Made by a program: the position numbers and the translations under genes | The notes under the pieces: model-generated | Databases searched by the model: none | What the model was told of the DNA's origin: nothing | Seen by the model: only the letters and a program-made list of their open reading frames with translations | Shown: one piece after another, positions 24,957-36,690 of the stretch | How the letters are laid out: every line of letters starts with the position of its first letter | Numbering within the stretch: the stretch's first letter is position 1 | Source of the DNA: Sphagnum compactum | Taxonomy: Eukaryota | Length of the DNA: 64,000 bases | NCBI GenBank assembly: GCA_965153455.1 | Contig: OZ234493.1 | Coordinates: 34,462,213 to 34,526,212, forward strand | Direction: 5' to 3'

Positions 24957-25064
24957 GGCAAAAGCACAAGGGCGAGGGCATTATCGCAATAAGGGCCCAT
25001 GAGAGGCGGCAGCCCGAATGAATGCTGCCCAACTTTGATCATGCCCTTGCCCATGTCCTTTGCC
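24957..25064. repeat. 108-bp fold-back (mini-MITE or hairpin)
   Basis: GGCAAAAGCACAAGGGCGAGGGCATTAT pairs with ATCATGCCCTTGCCCATGTCCTTTGCC; inner GGCAGC/GCTGCC stem. Confidence 0.7.
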
Positions 25065-27030
25065 GAGCATAAAGAGTAAAGAAAGACGATGTCACATTTT
25101 GTTTTTTGGCCTCCCATGATACCTGATGGGTATCTAGTGGGTATCATGGGAAACCAAACAACACCAAGCCTTATCCATAATTTACAAATTTTGGTGGTAA
25201 ATTTATGTAGATGTGAGCAATGCATTTTGTGAAGAATACACCCAAATCAAAAATTTGAGGAAAACAACTCTACTTTTCCTTCTTCTTTTTTCATTTTTTG
25301 AGGGTTAAGGGCGGTGGTGGGTTGGAGTTAAAAATATGGACATTGTTCTTTGCATTGTGAAATGCTGATGGAAGGGATGGAAGGGGGGCCTTTTCTATTG
25401 AGTGACGACGAGCCTGTTGTTCCCACGTGATATTGTTTGTGGATGTCTACAAACAGCATCATTTTTTCCTTTTTAGTAAAAACAAGCATCAAGTGGACAT
25501 TGTTGGACCAATGGAGTTCTTGGGGAATCGTAGTAAGTACAACATTTTTTGTATCATCAAATTGAATATAGAGAAGACAAATTTTGATGGGATGTTGAAC
25601 CAAAGTACCTTGGGGGCAAGCAAAATTGATATTGTCTATGGACTTTATATATGCATTATGGGTCGAGTTGTGGATGTAAGAAAATTTTGCGTTGCACGAC
25701 AAGCCACCTGTTCCCTTCCAAAAGAAATTTCGCACTAATTATGCAATTTTTTTAAATACAGAAGGAAAAGGCATATATTTGTGTTGTCATAGGGGAATGA
25801 ATCCATGTGCAAGCTTGTAATACAAAGAGATTTAGGGGATGCATTAGTATGAATTCTAGCAATATTAACTTGTCTATGTTCAAATTTGTTGGTGTTTTCA
25901 CAAAATTTATCTATTTACCCATTGGTTTGGTGCCCAAATTTCTGCCTAAAACCCATTATTAGTTCTAGGACAATTAATTTTTAAAATCCATAAATATGAA
26001 GAAGTTCCTCAAAATTAGAGGAACATCAAATAATAACCACCAAAACACCAATAATACGGAGATTCTAAATGGTGAGGGTTATTCGTTATTTCCAAAGTTG
26101 GGGGAGGGGGGGGGGGAGGTTAAATTAATGAACTTAATCGGTTTTGGGTTTCCATAAATTGTTGAGCTACTACAGCAACTGAAGAGTTTGATATGATTCA
26201 AGAATTCCCTTTTTTAAAAACTGGCGGTATAATAATGTCATAAAGCAACATTAAAATTTGAAAACTAAGAGGTTTCAGAGGTTTTCAATCACAATAAGTG
26301 AATGGAAAAAAAAAATTCACCAAATTCATACATGTGGTCTTGAAAAGAGATTAAGGTTCTTAAGGTAAGCACAATGGAGTTTTTTTTTTTTTTAAATTTA
26401 ATAATTAGACTACAAAAATTAATAGATTTGTACTATTATTATTTTATAAAATTCAATAATTTCATAAATTTCAGTTTTTCTTGGGCACAAGTGGAGGAAT
26501 TCATTGCAGAACTTAGGACACAATTTTCAGTTTTAATTTTTTTTTTGGTAAAACTTTATAACTGTAAAATTTCCAGCAGTGGGGTGTAGTGTTGTGTGCA
26601 TGGAATTGGACCCTGTTTTCTTCTAAATGGAGCTAGAAGCTTCCAGAATTTGAAAAAAAAAAAAATTGTTGACAAGAATCATACATAGGTTTAGCAATTT
26701 GAAGAACCGCCCTCAAAAACCCACACCCAGAGAACAACAAGCCACAAACCTTTTTAAAATACCAAAATCAAAACGAAGACCCAAGATTCTTTCAAAAAAG
26801 GAAGAACCAAACAACACCCGTTTTAACGGGAGTCATCGTATTGCTTTGCTTCGAGTTGTATCATCAAATATGACCCGCCAAATGGACTTTGAAAACCCCA
26901 CACCGGTCGTTTGTGAATACCACGAGCCTTGGGTGAAGCAGCACCTATGCGGTTACCATTGTGAGAACTGACAACCCCAAAAAGATTTAAGGCACTCATA
27001 AACATTATATAAATTTCATTATGTCCCATG

Positions 27031-27374
27031 TGTAGGGATAACGACCGAGAAGGGGGTCGTTCTGGGAATGTGGGCTAATGAAACAGGGACTGGAATTCCC
27101 ATGAGAACTGCCCCAATTGAGAGGCCTTTATAGCGGAAAAAGAGCTTGTAGGGACTTTAATGACTCTGATCTTGTTTGTGTAGACCAGGCACCTTCTGTA
27201 TCAAGTTTGTCTGTATGTGTAAACGCTCAAACCTTATGCCCAATTTCTGTTTGATGAGACGAGGCACTTTTCGCATAAAGTTCATCTTTAAGTGTAATGC
27301 TGAAACCTTATACCCATGGTGGCTCCTCTCGGTTAGGAAAAATATTAACCCCGGGCCATGGGGGCCACACGACA
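27031..27374 (-). mobile_element. Possible solo LTR or LTR fragment
   Basis: Minus strand reads TGTCG...CTACA with an internal CTATAAA. CpG-richer than the flanks. No matching TSD, PBS or clear PPT. Confidence 0.3.
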
Positions 27375-28340
27375 AAACCTAGCCTTCTTCTATGTTTCCG
27401 GGTTCAATTTCAACCGTTTCCTTCCCCCCGGAATTATATAGCCACTAACTCTCACAAGGAGACTTGCTCTCACAAAGGTGAAGATACTAATGTAGGTGTT
27501 GGATCAACCTGGCCAATACCAGCTACCCCCGTTCCGTCAAAGGTGGCTGGCTGTCCATGCATATAATATCGTACCATTCAATGGACTTGAGCGAACACGA
27601 GAAAAAAGGAAAAGAATATATATTGTGTTCTCAAAAAAAAAGCCTTGAAAGTAGGAAGGTGATTCAGGCTTTTTTCCTTGACTTTCCCCAATGCCACCAA
27701 GAAAAAGGTATGGTAGCCCACGTGCATATTTTTGCATGAACGGCTGTTTTTTTTGTGTTCATGTCCAGTTTCCGATGCAGCCTCGGGCAATTGCTACCTG
27801 AGAGATTATGAAACAATTTGTTAAACTTACAAAAACATAGGTTGAACAACTTGCTTGAGGGATTGCTTTCGGCCGACGGGTAATGATTGGTAAGAGATGA
27901 CAGACAGACAGACTTCCCCGGCCAGCCAGCCGGCCACAGAAGACTTTATTTTTTCTTTCAATTTGAACTTTTCAAAAAACACTTCTGCGCGCAGTGCAAT
28001 CAAGTTCCGAATTCCAATTATCAAAGCTGGCTGCTTCGGTCACACTGCTCCTTCTCAATTGTCCAATGGCCAAAATGGCCTGCCTGCCTGCCATACGGAC
28101 CGGATGAGATAGCCGTGTTAAGTTATTTTGATAAGCAAATCAACTTGAGTCCTCGGCTGGCTACCCATCCGTTTGATTATCAGATGTCATAAGACTTCAG
28201 TTTTTTTGGCGGTCCTGAAATTCTTTTAACTCATCATGTCTTACTGGCGTGTGGACAGAGCTGCTGGCTCAAGTGTGAATAGGACAGGTTGATGACAGAG
28301 CCCACATTGTGAAAAAAAATTATTTTAAATATTAAATTAA

Positions 28341-28583
28341 GGAAAATTTTTAATTCACACCTTTTTTGGTTAAATTCACACCCTTTCTTGTGACAAGTCT
28401 GACTTTGAATACGTGGAAGGACGCAAGTGTGAGGTCTGTGATCAATCAGGGCACAACTCGAAAACTTGCCCGCAGAAGTAATTGAACTGATAAAGGAACA
28501 TACTCTTAAAGTTTAATCTGCATAAAATCGGACGCGCGAAGGGTGTGAATTTAACCAAAAAAGGTGTGAATTTAAAATTTTCC
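28341..28583. mobile_element. Mutator-like (MULE) MITE
   Basis: About 44-bp near-perfect TIRs GGAAAATTTTTAATTCACACCTTTTTTGGTTAAATTCACACCCTT; 9-bp TSD TTAAATTAA / ATAAATTAA. Confidence 0.85.
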
Positions 28584-29430
28584 ATAAATTAATTTCCCAA
28601 TGACAAAAATTACTCGAAACTCAATATCTTACATTACTCAAAATCATCTTCCAGAAATCCCACTCATCAAAGGGTTTTCCTGCAGTATCAAGAAATCACC
28701 CCCTATTTCTCTAAATAAATTTAGTTTTGATTTTCTTAAATTTCCTTTGACAAAATTATTCAATATTCAAAAGCTCTCTCACACCATACGTCTAAATGTT
28801 GTTGTTACCAACGTTACCAAACCATCTCGTGCACCCCTTCTCTATCAAGGGCTTTTCAAGGTAGAACATTGAATAACCCCATATAAACAATGTAAGGAGT
28901 GTTAGAAAAAGGGCTCAAAACTTCATGCACAATTTTGTCACAAGGTTTGATTAAGATCTTGAAAAGCCAAAAACAAATCAAAAAATGGAATTTATATCAT
29001 TTCAAGCAATTGGAAGTAGGTTGGTGATAATACCTAGATTCAACTTCCTTGTGGTGGTGGTGGTGGTGGTGATGGGTTTGAAACTCACTAGGAAAGTGCA
29101 TAACATGTTAAACTATTTGTTCTATACAAATACGTCAATCGCACAATTCAAAACATGAACCATGCAAGACACAAAACGACAAGCCCCATGAAATTCTCCC
29201 TTTCCAAGGGTACCAAGTGCACAAGATAAGGGGGTTTGGGGGAGGGGGGATGATGCCTTGGTTTGAGATTTCTCAAAGTGACAAATAAAACAAAACAAAC
29301 CAAACTCCCTTTCCTTAATTAATAGCTAGATTCAACTTGAGTCTTGTTATGAACTGAGAATTAATTAACATATTCCCCTCATTTTTTAAACGGAAGTCCT
29401 CGGAGTTATGGGTCCCATTATCACCCTGGG

Positions 29431-29580
29431 TGGTTCACATGGATGGCCCCTTTGTGGAATACCTTACCTGAGGGTCAGTTTCCGCATTAAATAATCCCTT
29501 TACATCGTCACCTGGTTCACATGGATGGCCCCCGTTGTGGAACACCTTACACGGAGGGTTAGTTTCATCATTAAATACTC
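29431..29580. repeat. Tandem duplication, ~81-bp unit x2
   Basis: TGGTTCACATGGATGGCCCC..TTGTGGAA.ACCTTAC..GAGGGT.AGTTTC..CATTAAATA occurs twice. Confidence 0.85.
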
Positions 29581-31987
29581 CTTCAAAATGTGAAAAAGAA
29601 TTTGTTTGGTAAAAAAAAACCATCATAACTCTTGTTGCAGGCTATACAAGATGATCTGAATAACTTCATTACTCATTTGTCAATATCATAGTAGACTACT
29701 TTGGATCATAAAAGGAATAGCTAATAATTCTTTTTCAAAATTCAAAAATTCTGATTTTTTTCAATAAAATAAAATGTGTTTTGTCAATGTGAAAACTCAT
29801 ATCATACTTGTACAGTAAGTAAGAAAAAGGACCATTTACCACTGGTCATTAATTGTGGTATAATTCAATATTCACAGAACCCCTGCTCATGAGAATATTC
29901 AGTTGATCAGGGGTCAAGAACTAGGGTTTTGCAGAATACTTGTGATAGTAATCAGTGGTCAGGAGTCAGGACAGGGATTTTCAAAGAATATTTCTCATTT
30001 TCAAACTTCCAGGCAACAAAGGTTTCTGAGAATATTCCTCGTAACCAGGAGTCATAACCCATTATGACTCTCAGTTGGGAATGAACCAGGGTTTCTTTTC
30101 AGGATTTTGTGATGTAGTCAAAGTGACAATCATAAAGAAAACTAGTTTAGCCAATTCTGGCTATTTTCTACATATGAAAGTTTTTTTTTAAAAAACTCCT
30201 TCTATATTATTGGCTACCTAATGGAACTTATCATCAAAATTTGGCGATTGGGATTTTTTTATCCTTTGAAATCTGGCATGCATGATTTTGTGTCATAATG
30301 TGGTCAAGAAGATGACATAATCTGCCACCCCGGACATTAAACTATGGTTTTTTTCAAGGAACCAGAACTGGCAGTTCTCCAATTCTGAAGTAATTTCAAA
30401 AGTGGAGCAAGCAGTTCCTTATAAATGCAATTGACCACCAAAGTTCAGCCATCCAACAAGGTTCACACATGTTAAAGAAGTAGACAATGAGGCCAGTACA
30501 AGTGTTTTTCATTTCAATTTTTTGTAATTTTGTGGTGTAGCCTCAAAGACAAATGATCCATAAGATGATTTAGCCAAATGTAGCCATAAACCAAACATGA
30601 AAATTATAAACATGTAAACATCCTTCTATATTGTTGGACACACATGTGATTGTCTTTTAGCTGCCCTTTTGTTATCAATTATTGTGTGTTCATTACAAAA
30701 TACTGATTGGCAATGAAAGTTTATCAAAGAAGGGTGTCTTATGGTATATTGTTGGGAAGAAATTGTCAGCAACCAAAGTTTTCTAAGTTTTTTTCTGAAT
30801 GCAGGGTTTGATTGCAGTTTCCGAAACTGCAATCAAAAGGTTTTAGAATTTCAACAACAGGGCTAAAAAGATTTCAAAAGTTTCGACAAAATAAAAAATA
30901 ATTTAATTTATGCCAAAGTCGCCCATGTACTGCAGTATCCACTTGCATTGTCTAGAATATACAATCAGAAGACCAGTTAGAATGCCACCACAATAACCAA
31001 TCAAAGATAATTATTTCTTTACTGACCCTTTAGAAAGAGCCCTATATGCAGGCTGTGCAATATATAATATGCATCCTAAGTACAAGTCCAAACTCAATGT
31101 CAACATATTTAATGACTTGCTATGCATCATCCACATTACAGTTTTGTATTATCTAGTACAGTGGGAGTGCAAATCCTCCCAAAACTCAACAAGGTGAAGG
31201 TACCATCACCCAGTGTGTGTAGCTAGCAACTGGTTCGCTTTAACAAGCTCCACAGGCCTCCAAAAGGTACCACCATCCTCAAGCAAAAAGTTGAGTGTGA
31301 AGTGAGCAGCTTTTCTGTGGCCATTTAGAGGTATCCGTAAAGTGATGTGATTAGGGGGCGAGAACAGGGCAGTTTGGGGGCATAATAGGGCATCAAACGC
31401 GTAACTGGGAATGAAAATTTTACAAAACCAAATAGGCAGTTTTTTTTCCACCAATTTTGGTGGTAAACTGAGTTCCAAACCTGTCTTTCCTTTTTCCTGA
31501 GCGCCTCCACTGCTCCTACATATATATTCAATGCTCCTACCTATACAAGTACTATACTTACTCTCGAACCTTGTGCATTAAATGCTGAGCTTCAGCATTT
31601 TCATACTTAGTTTGCGGAAACCACTGAAAGAGATCCCTACCAGATGAAAGCAGAAGGAATAGGGGGGTGAAAGGGAGGATAAGTTTAAGGAAAACTTTAT
31701 TGCCATTGTCCATTTTGCATATAATGAAAAAAAATATTTTTCATGTTGGGTAATAGTAGGGTTTAGCAAAAAAATTGTCAGTTGGATAGCAGGCTAATAA
31801 CTCAATTTAGTACTGCAGGCCTGATGCATTGTGGACTCTAGCTAGCGTCTGGAGCTGGCTGCATTCCTCTCCCATCATCTTTTCCTTTGATCTGTTGACT
31901 TTTGCATATCCGTCCAATTTTGAAAATCTTTTCCTTTGCTTGCTCTCAGTATACGGCCTCTCTCTCACTTGGCATTGCCTCTCAAGT

Positions 31988-32262
31988 CAGTGTTTTTTTT
32001 TCAAGGAACTTTTGTTTGTAGCCAAAGTGGTGATCATCCCTAGGAAGGTTTAGCCAATTATGGCTATAAGTCACAAATAAAGTAATCATCCTTCTGTATT
32101 TTTGGCTACACAATGAAAACCAAGCATATGAATGTGATGATTTTAACCTTTTTTTTTTTCTCCTCACTTCAGGTGACTAAAAACCTCCAAAATCTCTCCT
32201 TTTTTAATTTTTCATTTTAAATTAGTGTTTTTAACAAATTTTCGTGGGTAAAGAAAACACTG
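31988..32262. mobile_element. hAT-type MITE (CAGTGTTTT family) with perfect 8-bp TSD
   Basis: TIRs CAGTGTTTT / AAAACACTG; TSD TCTCAAGT at 31980-31987 and 32263-32270; internal TAGCCAA..TGGCTA motif. Related copies near 3240, 17000, 30090, 30500, 32310, 33490, 55456 and 58600. Confidence 0.88.
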
Positions 32263-34279
32263 TCTCAAGTGCATATTGGGTGTTTGGAAATTTTGGACCC
32301 CATCAACTGTTTTTTATTGGCAAATTTTCACCCAAAAAAAAGAATTCCATAATTCGGAAATGAAATGATTTTGGAGGTCTTCAACGGCCAGAAGTGAGGG
32401 AAAACAATAGTAAAAGTCACAAGTTTTCTATATTTGGTTTTTCAGTCTGTAGCCAAAAAGTATGTAAGGATTATTAAAGATTTGAGAAAACCTTCTTAGG
32501 GATGATTGCCATTTTTCCTACATCTTCTTATGGATGATCATCACTTAGGCTACACTAAAAAAAATTGTAGAAAAACATGGGCAGCAACATGTGTTCTCAA
32601 GCCTGATAACAACATAGGTAACCCCCAATGCTACCTGCCCTTCCTCAGCATAAAACTCCTAACTAGAATCTGTATCCTGGCCACACTTTAAGGCCTAAAA
32701 AAAAAAGGTGCCTCAAAAGGCTAGGAGGAAGATTCTGCTTTGTAGCTAGTATGGTATCTTTTCATGTTTTTCATTATTGAAATTTTGGATAATATTACCT
32801 CAACTAAAAAGAAAATCCCAATTTTTTTTCAAAAATTGACAGAATTTTTGAAAAAAAAAAAAGCATTGCTTGCTAGTTTCTATTTGGATTGCACAGTTAA
32901 AAGGGAGAGGGCGGGGGACGTGCATGGGTTTGGAGTAACACCCATGCAAGAGTTTTTTTAAACCTTTGCAACGCCCAGCACGCTCTGCCCCAATGGGCAA
33001 CCTCAAATTCTTTCCCCCCATAAGCCTTGTTTTTTCATTTGTATGTCCTGGGAGTTTTTGGTTTGGATGAGATTTGCAGAGCAGGCCCGTACTTTTCCAA
33101 CATGGGCAAATCACAAGATTGAAATCCTTCTAAAAGCTGCTGCACAAGGAAAGACAGGATGAAACTCAATTTACCACCAACCACTTGGGCCAGCCACTCC
33201 ACCAGCTTTAGGAAGGAGACCACTACCTTTCACTCAATAGGCAATCATAAAACAATGCTCCCCACAGATTGTTCACACAACAATCCACACAGTGCAGGAG
33301 CCAGCCCCAATACAATGCCCAGAGTACGCAACCATCATCTAATGTGAGAATCTCAACACTCTGATTGGCTGTCAGGTTGCGAGTTACACCACCCTAGCCC
33401 TTCCACCTCCTTTTCATTAGTGGCACAAGGTACCAACCACATTGGACTCTCATCAACCCAATCTCTCTGTAACCCTTCATTGTGTCAATGAAAGGGTTTC
33501 ATTTTTTGTTTTAGGATTTTGTGTTGTAGTCAAAGTGGCAATCATCCAGAAAACAATTTAGCCAAATTTGGGTACATATTAGATACAAAAGTAGGACAAA
33601 AAAAGAGAAAAAAAACAGAATCCATCTGTACTCTTGGCTACCTACTGGAACTTATCATAAAAATCTGGCAATCTGAAAATAATAATAATAATAATAATCT
33701 GAACCTGACAAATTTGCTTAAATTTTTCCATGAAAAATCCTTTGTTTAGGTCGAAACCATATTTTTCAGGTCAAAACTTGACTAAAAAATTCACCAGGAA
33801 AAGAAGCGTTGACATGTTGAAAATCATCATAATTATCATAGGCTATATTCTGAATAATTTCACTACTCATATCACAACATTATAGTAGATGATGAAAATA
33901 TATATATAGTTTCCAGAAAAAAAAACATTTTTTGAGAAAAAGAATTTTTTTTTTTGTCAATGTGGAAATTGACCCTAGGCTATGGTACCTACCTAGTTTG
34001 GCGAAAATCTGGGTATGAAAGAACACAAGAGGGGGCTAGAACTTGGAATTGTAACTTGGCTATGTGCCCTCCTTGATAGGTACTTAGTACTTACTTTATT
34101 TACCTCTTGAGGTCTCATAGGTTAGATAGTGAGATTGCTTATCATTGTCTTCAATGCCCTCTAGACTTTACAAAGAGCACACAATGGGTAAGTAATAATA
34201 AGTTGTACTACTTCACTGGAGTGACTGGACATGGGTTATTCACATGGTGTTCATGTGCCACACACAAAATTGCTGTTTA

Positions 34280-34800
34280 TTGGCCTTGCCTACCAAAAAG
34301 GCAAGGATATTGTGTTTAGATTCATTATTGAGTATAGTAGCTTAATGGATTTTGACCCCCCCTAGGAAATAGGTTTATTTTTATAAGAGGATTTTCGAAA
34401 CATGATATTTTGGCTTGTGTTGAAACTTAAGTTTAGTTATAGAGTGTTATAATATCTTGAAGGATTTTGGTTTCTTTTAATAAGGATTTTTTTGAAGATT
34501 ATAAGGGCAACACGGACACACAAGACTCACCACGGCCCAAACTTGGGGGAAGCCACCACCTTCCCCCTTGTAGTATACTGTGGACCTCTCCACGGGACCC
34601 ACATCCAAATGGCTTTTCTCTCCCGGGACTCCCGTGTGGGAGTCCCGAAATCGCGCCAACGGGCACTCTCGCAACTTTGGAGCCCCGTAACTTTGCGAGC
34701 AAACATCGAATCAAAGTGTGGTCTAAAGCAAAGTTGTAGCTCGCGTCGAGAGCTTTCCAACGGTATGTGGCATGTCGTATGCAGTGTGACGCACCCCTTG
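34280..34800 (+). mobile_element. Helitron2/Helentron-like element, copy 3, interrupted by foreign repeat DNA
   Basis: 34280-34502 matches copies 1 and 2; the 3' tail CAGTGTGACGCACCCCTTG resumes at 34782. Confidence 0.65.
34503..34781. repeat. CpG-rich fragment of another repeat family (probably LTR-derived) containing the palindrome GGGACTCCC-GTGT-GGGAGTCCC
   Basis: Abrupt GC/CpG increase and internal palindrome. Resembles an abundant Sphagnum repeat from memory (not verified). Confidence 0.55.
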
Positions 34801-35462
34801 TTCATTGTGGAATCCTCGACCGAAAAAAATTACCACTCATGAATTCATGAGTGTGATGGGTAGTTAAAATTGCTACTTGTTCATAGGAGGAATCCTCCAT
34901 ACAAAGTTAACACTCATTCATTGTGGTGAGTAGTAAGTTAAAAAATTGCTAGTTACCATTCATTGTAGAATCCCCCCCCCCCCCATCACAAATTACCACT
35001 CATTCATCATGGTGGGCAGTCATTTTGGATCAGAGAATTACCATGGTCCACAAATACTCTCTAAGTACATACAAGGGCGGTCCTCCTCCTCCCTCCGTCT
35101 CATACTGCCCGTCTCAAAATTGTACTCCGTCCATGCTCCACAAGCTATGTACAACCGTCTTCATTTCTTTGATATCTCCGAGTAAATCACCCAAGTGTTG
35201 GTCATTTACCCGTCGGTTCTTTCTTCGGTGGAACACCAGCCAAGACTGGTTTATATATACCGTATGTATGCATGAATGAATCTGAAATGGATGCAAATCT
35301 AATGACCGACCAACCAATGCAGCATGCATGCATTCCGTGTGTAAGTTGAATTCGAAGTTGGATAACTCACAAAAGTGTTGATAAATTGGCCATTTTAATA
35401 CTTGGGTACATACTTGCTTGATGATAGCTAGTATCACAAGCTAAACTCCTCCACTACTCAGG

Positions 35463-35690
35463 GTTTTAAAAAGCATTTGAGTATATACAGATTGTCCCTT
35501 TGTTCATTTGTTTCATCTCCTCCAGTACTTACTTACTTACTTACATACTTAGTGTTTTATAACCATTTGAGTATTTACAGATTGTCCCCCTTTGTTCAAT
35601 TTATTTCATCTCCTCCAGTACTTACTTACTTACTTAGTGTTTTATAAATATGGAGCATACATTATATTGTCCCTCTCTATTCATTTATTT
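35463..35690. repeat. Tandem repeat, ~90-bp unit x ~2.5, containing (TACT)n
   Basis: CATTTGAGTAT.TACAGATTGTCCC...TTTCATCTCCTCCAGTACTTACTTAC..TTAGTGTTTTATAA repeated. Confidence 0.85.
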
Positions 35691-36089
35691 GTGGGATTGT
35701 ATGCACTCATACACACTAAATAAAATCAATCATGTGGAGGACAACAAGTTATTGAACCAGGGTTTAGTGCAGCTCTACCCATTATCCATACCCATTATTG
35801 AAGGGGGAATCTAGTAGTATTTATTTATCACATCCAACCTTGTGTTCATTATTACTTCTCACTCATCACCCATCAACATGAAAAAATGAAATAATATTGT
35901 AAGGTGAAAGATTATTTAGACCCAACCACTTAGGCCAATTGAGAGCATTCATTTTCACGTTCAATGCCTTTTACAAGCACTAAATCTTATACACATTTAG
36001 CAATACAATAAAGATATAAAATTATTAATAAATTTATGAAATCATCCTACTTACATTGTGATCAAATTCAACAAAAATTAATTAAAATG

Positions 36090-36690
36090 TGAGATGTTGA
36101 AATTTTTCATAAATTTCAAGTGAAAAATGTTGAAAGTGGGTAAGAACTTTCAAGATGATATTTCTTAATTTGATGAAATGTCAAATTAGCAACTATGAAA
36201 CATAACAATTGTTATATCCATATGTTTTGAAATTGGAACACATGAAACTTGCAATCACATGAAATTTCAAATATAATTATATAAAATTAACTTGACAAAA
36301 CAAATACCTAGTATAAAGCCCCAAAAAATACAATCTTCAAATAAGATAAAACTTGAAGTCACTACACACTTGCCATTAATTGTGCAATCTCATCATTTTC
36401 AAAAAGCTCCTCAAAGTCTTAGTCTTCAAACATCCTTTTTTAACACATTTTATGGGCATCACTCCAGAAAACATTTACTAATTTTTTAACCTTCCTTGAA
36501 AAACTCCTCTAAGTCCCTTGTCCTCCTTTAACACATGTCATGATCGTCATTCAACAAAGTTTAGTTTTGAACACTCCCATTAACAAGTTATCAAAATAAT
36601 AGGATTTAGCATGTCAAAAACTTAAAAAGTTCAACTTTGGGTGTCCAAAGTTCCTTTGGTCTAAAATTAATTCAATTTGACACAACAGCA
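36090..36690 (+). repeat. Dispersed repeat homologous to positions ~80-580
   Basis: Shared blocks AAATTTCAAG..AAAATGTTGAAAGTG, CATATGTTTTGAA, CACATGAAATTTCA and ACAAGTT.T.AAAATA.TA.GAT.TA in the same order. Confidence 0.65.
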
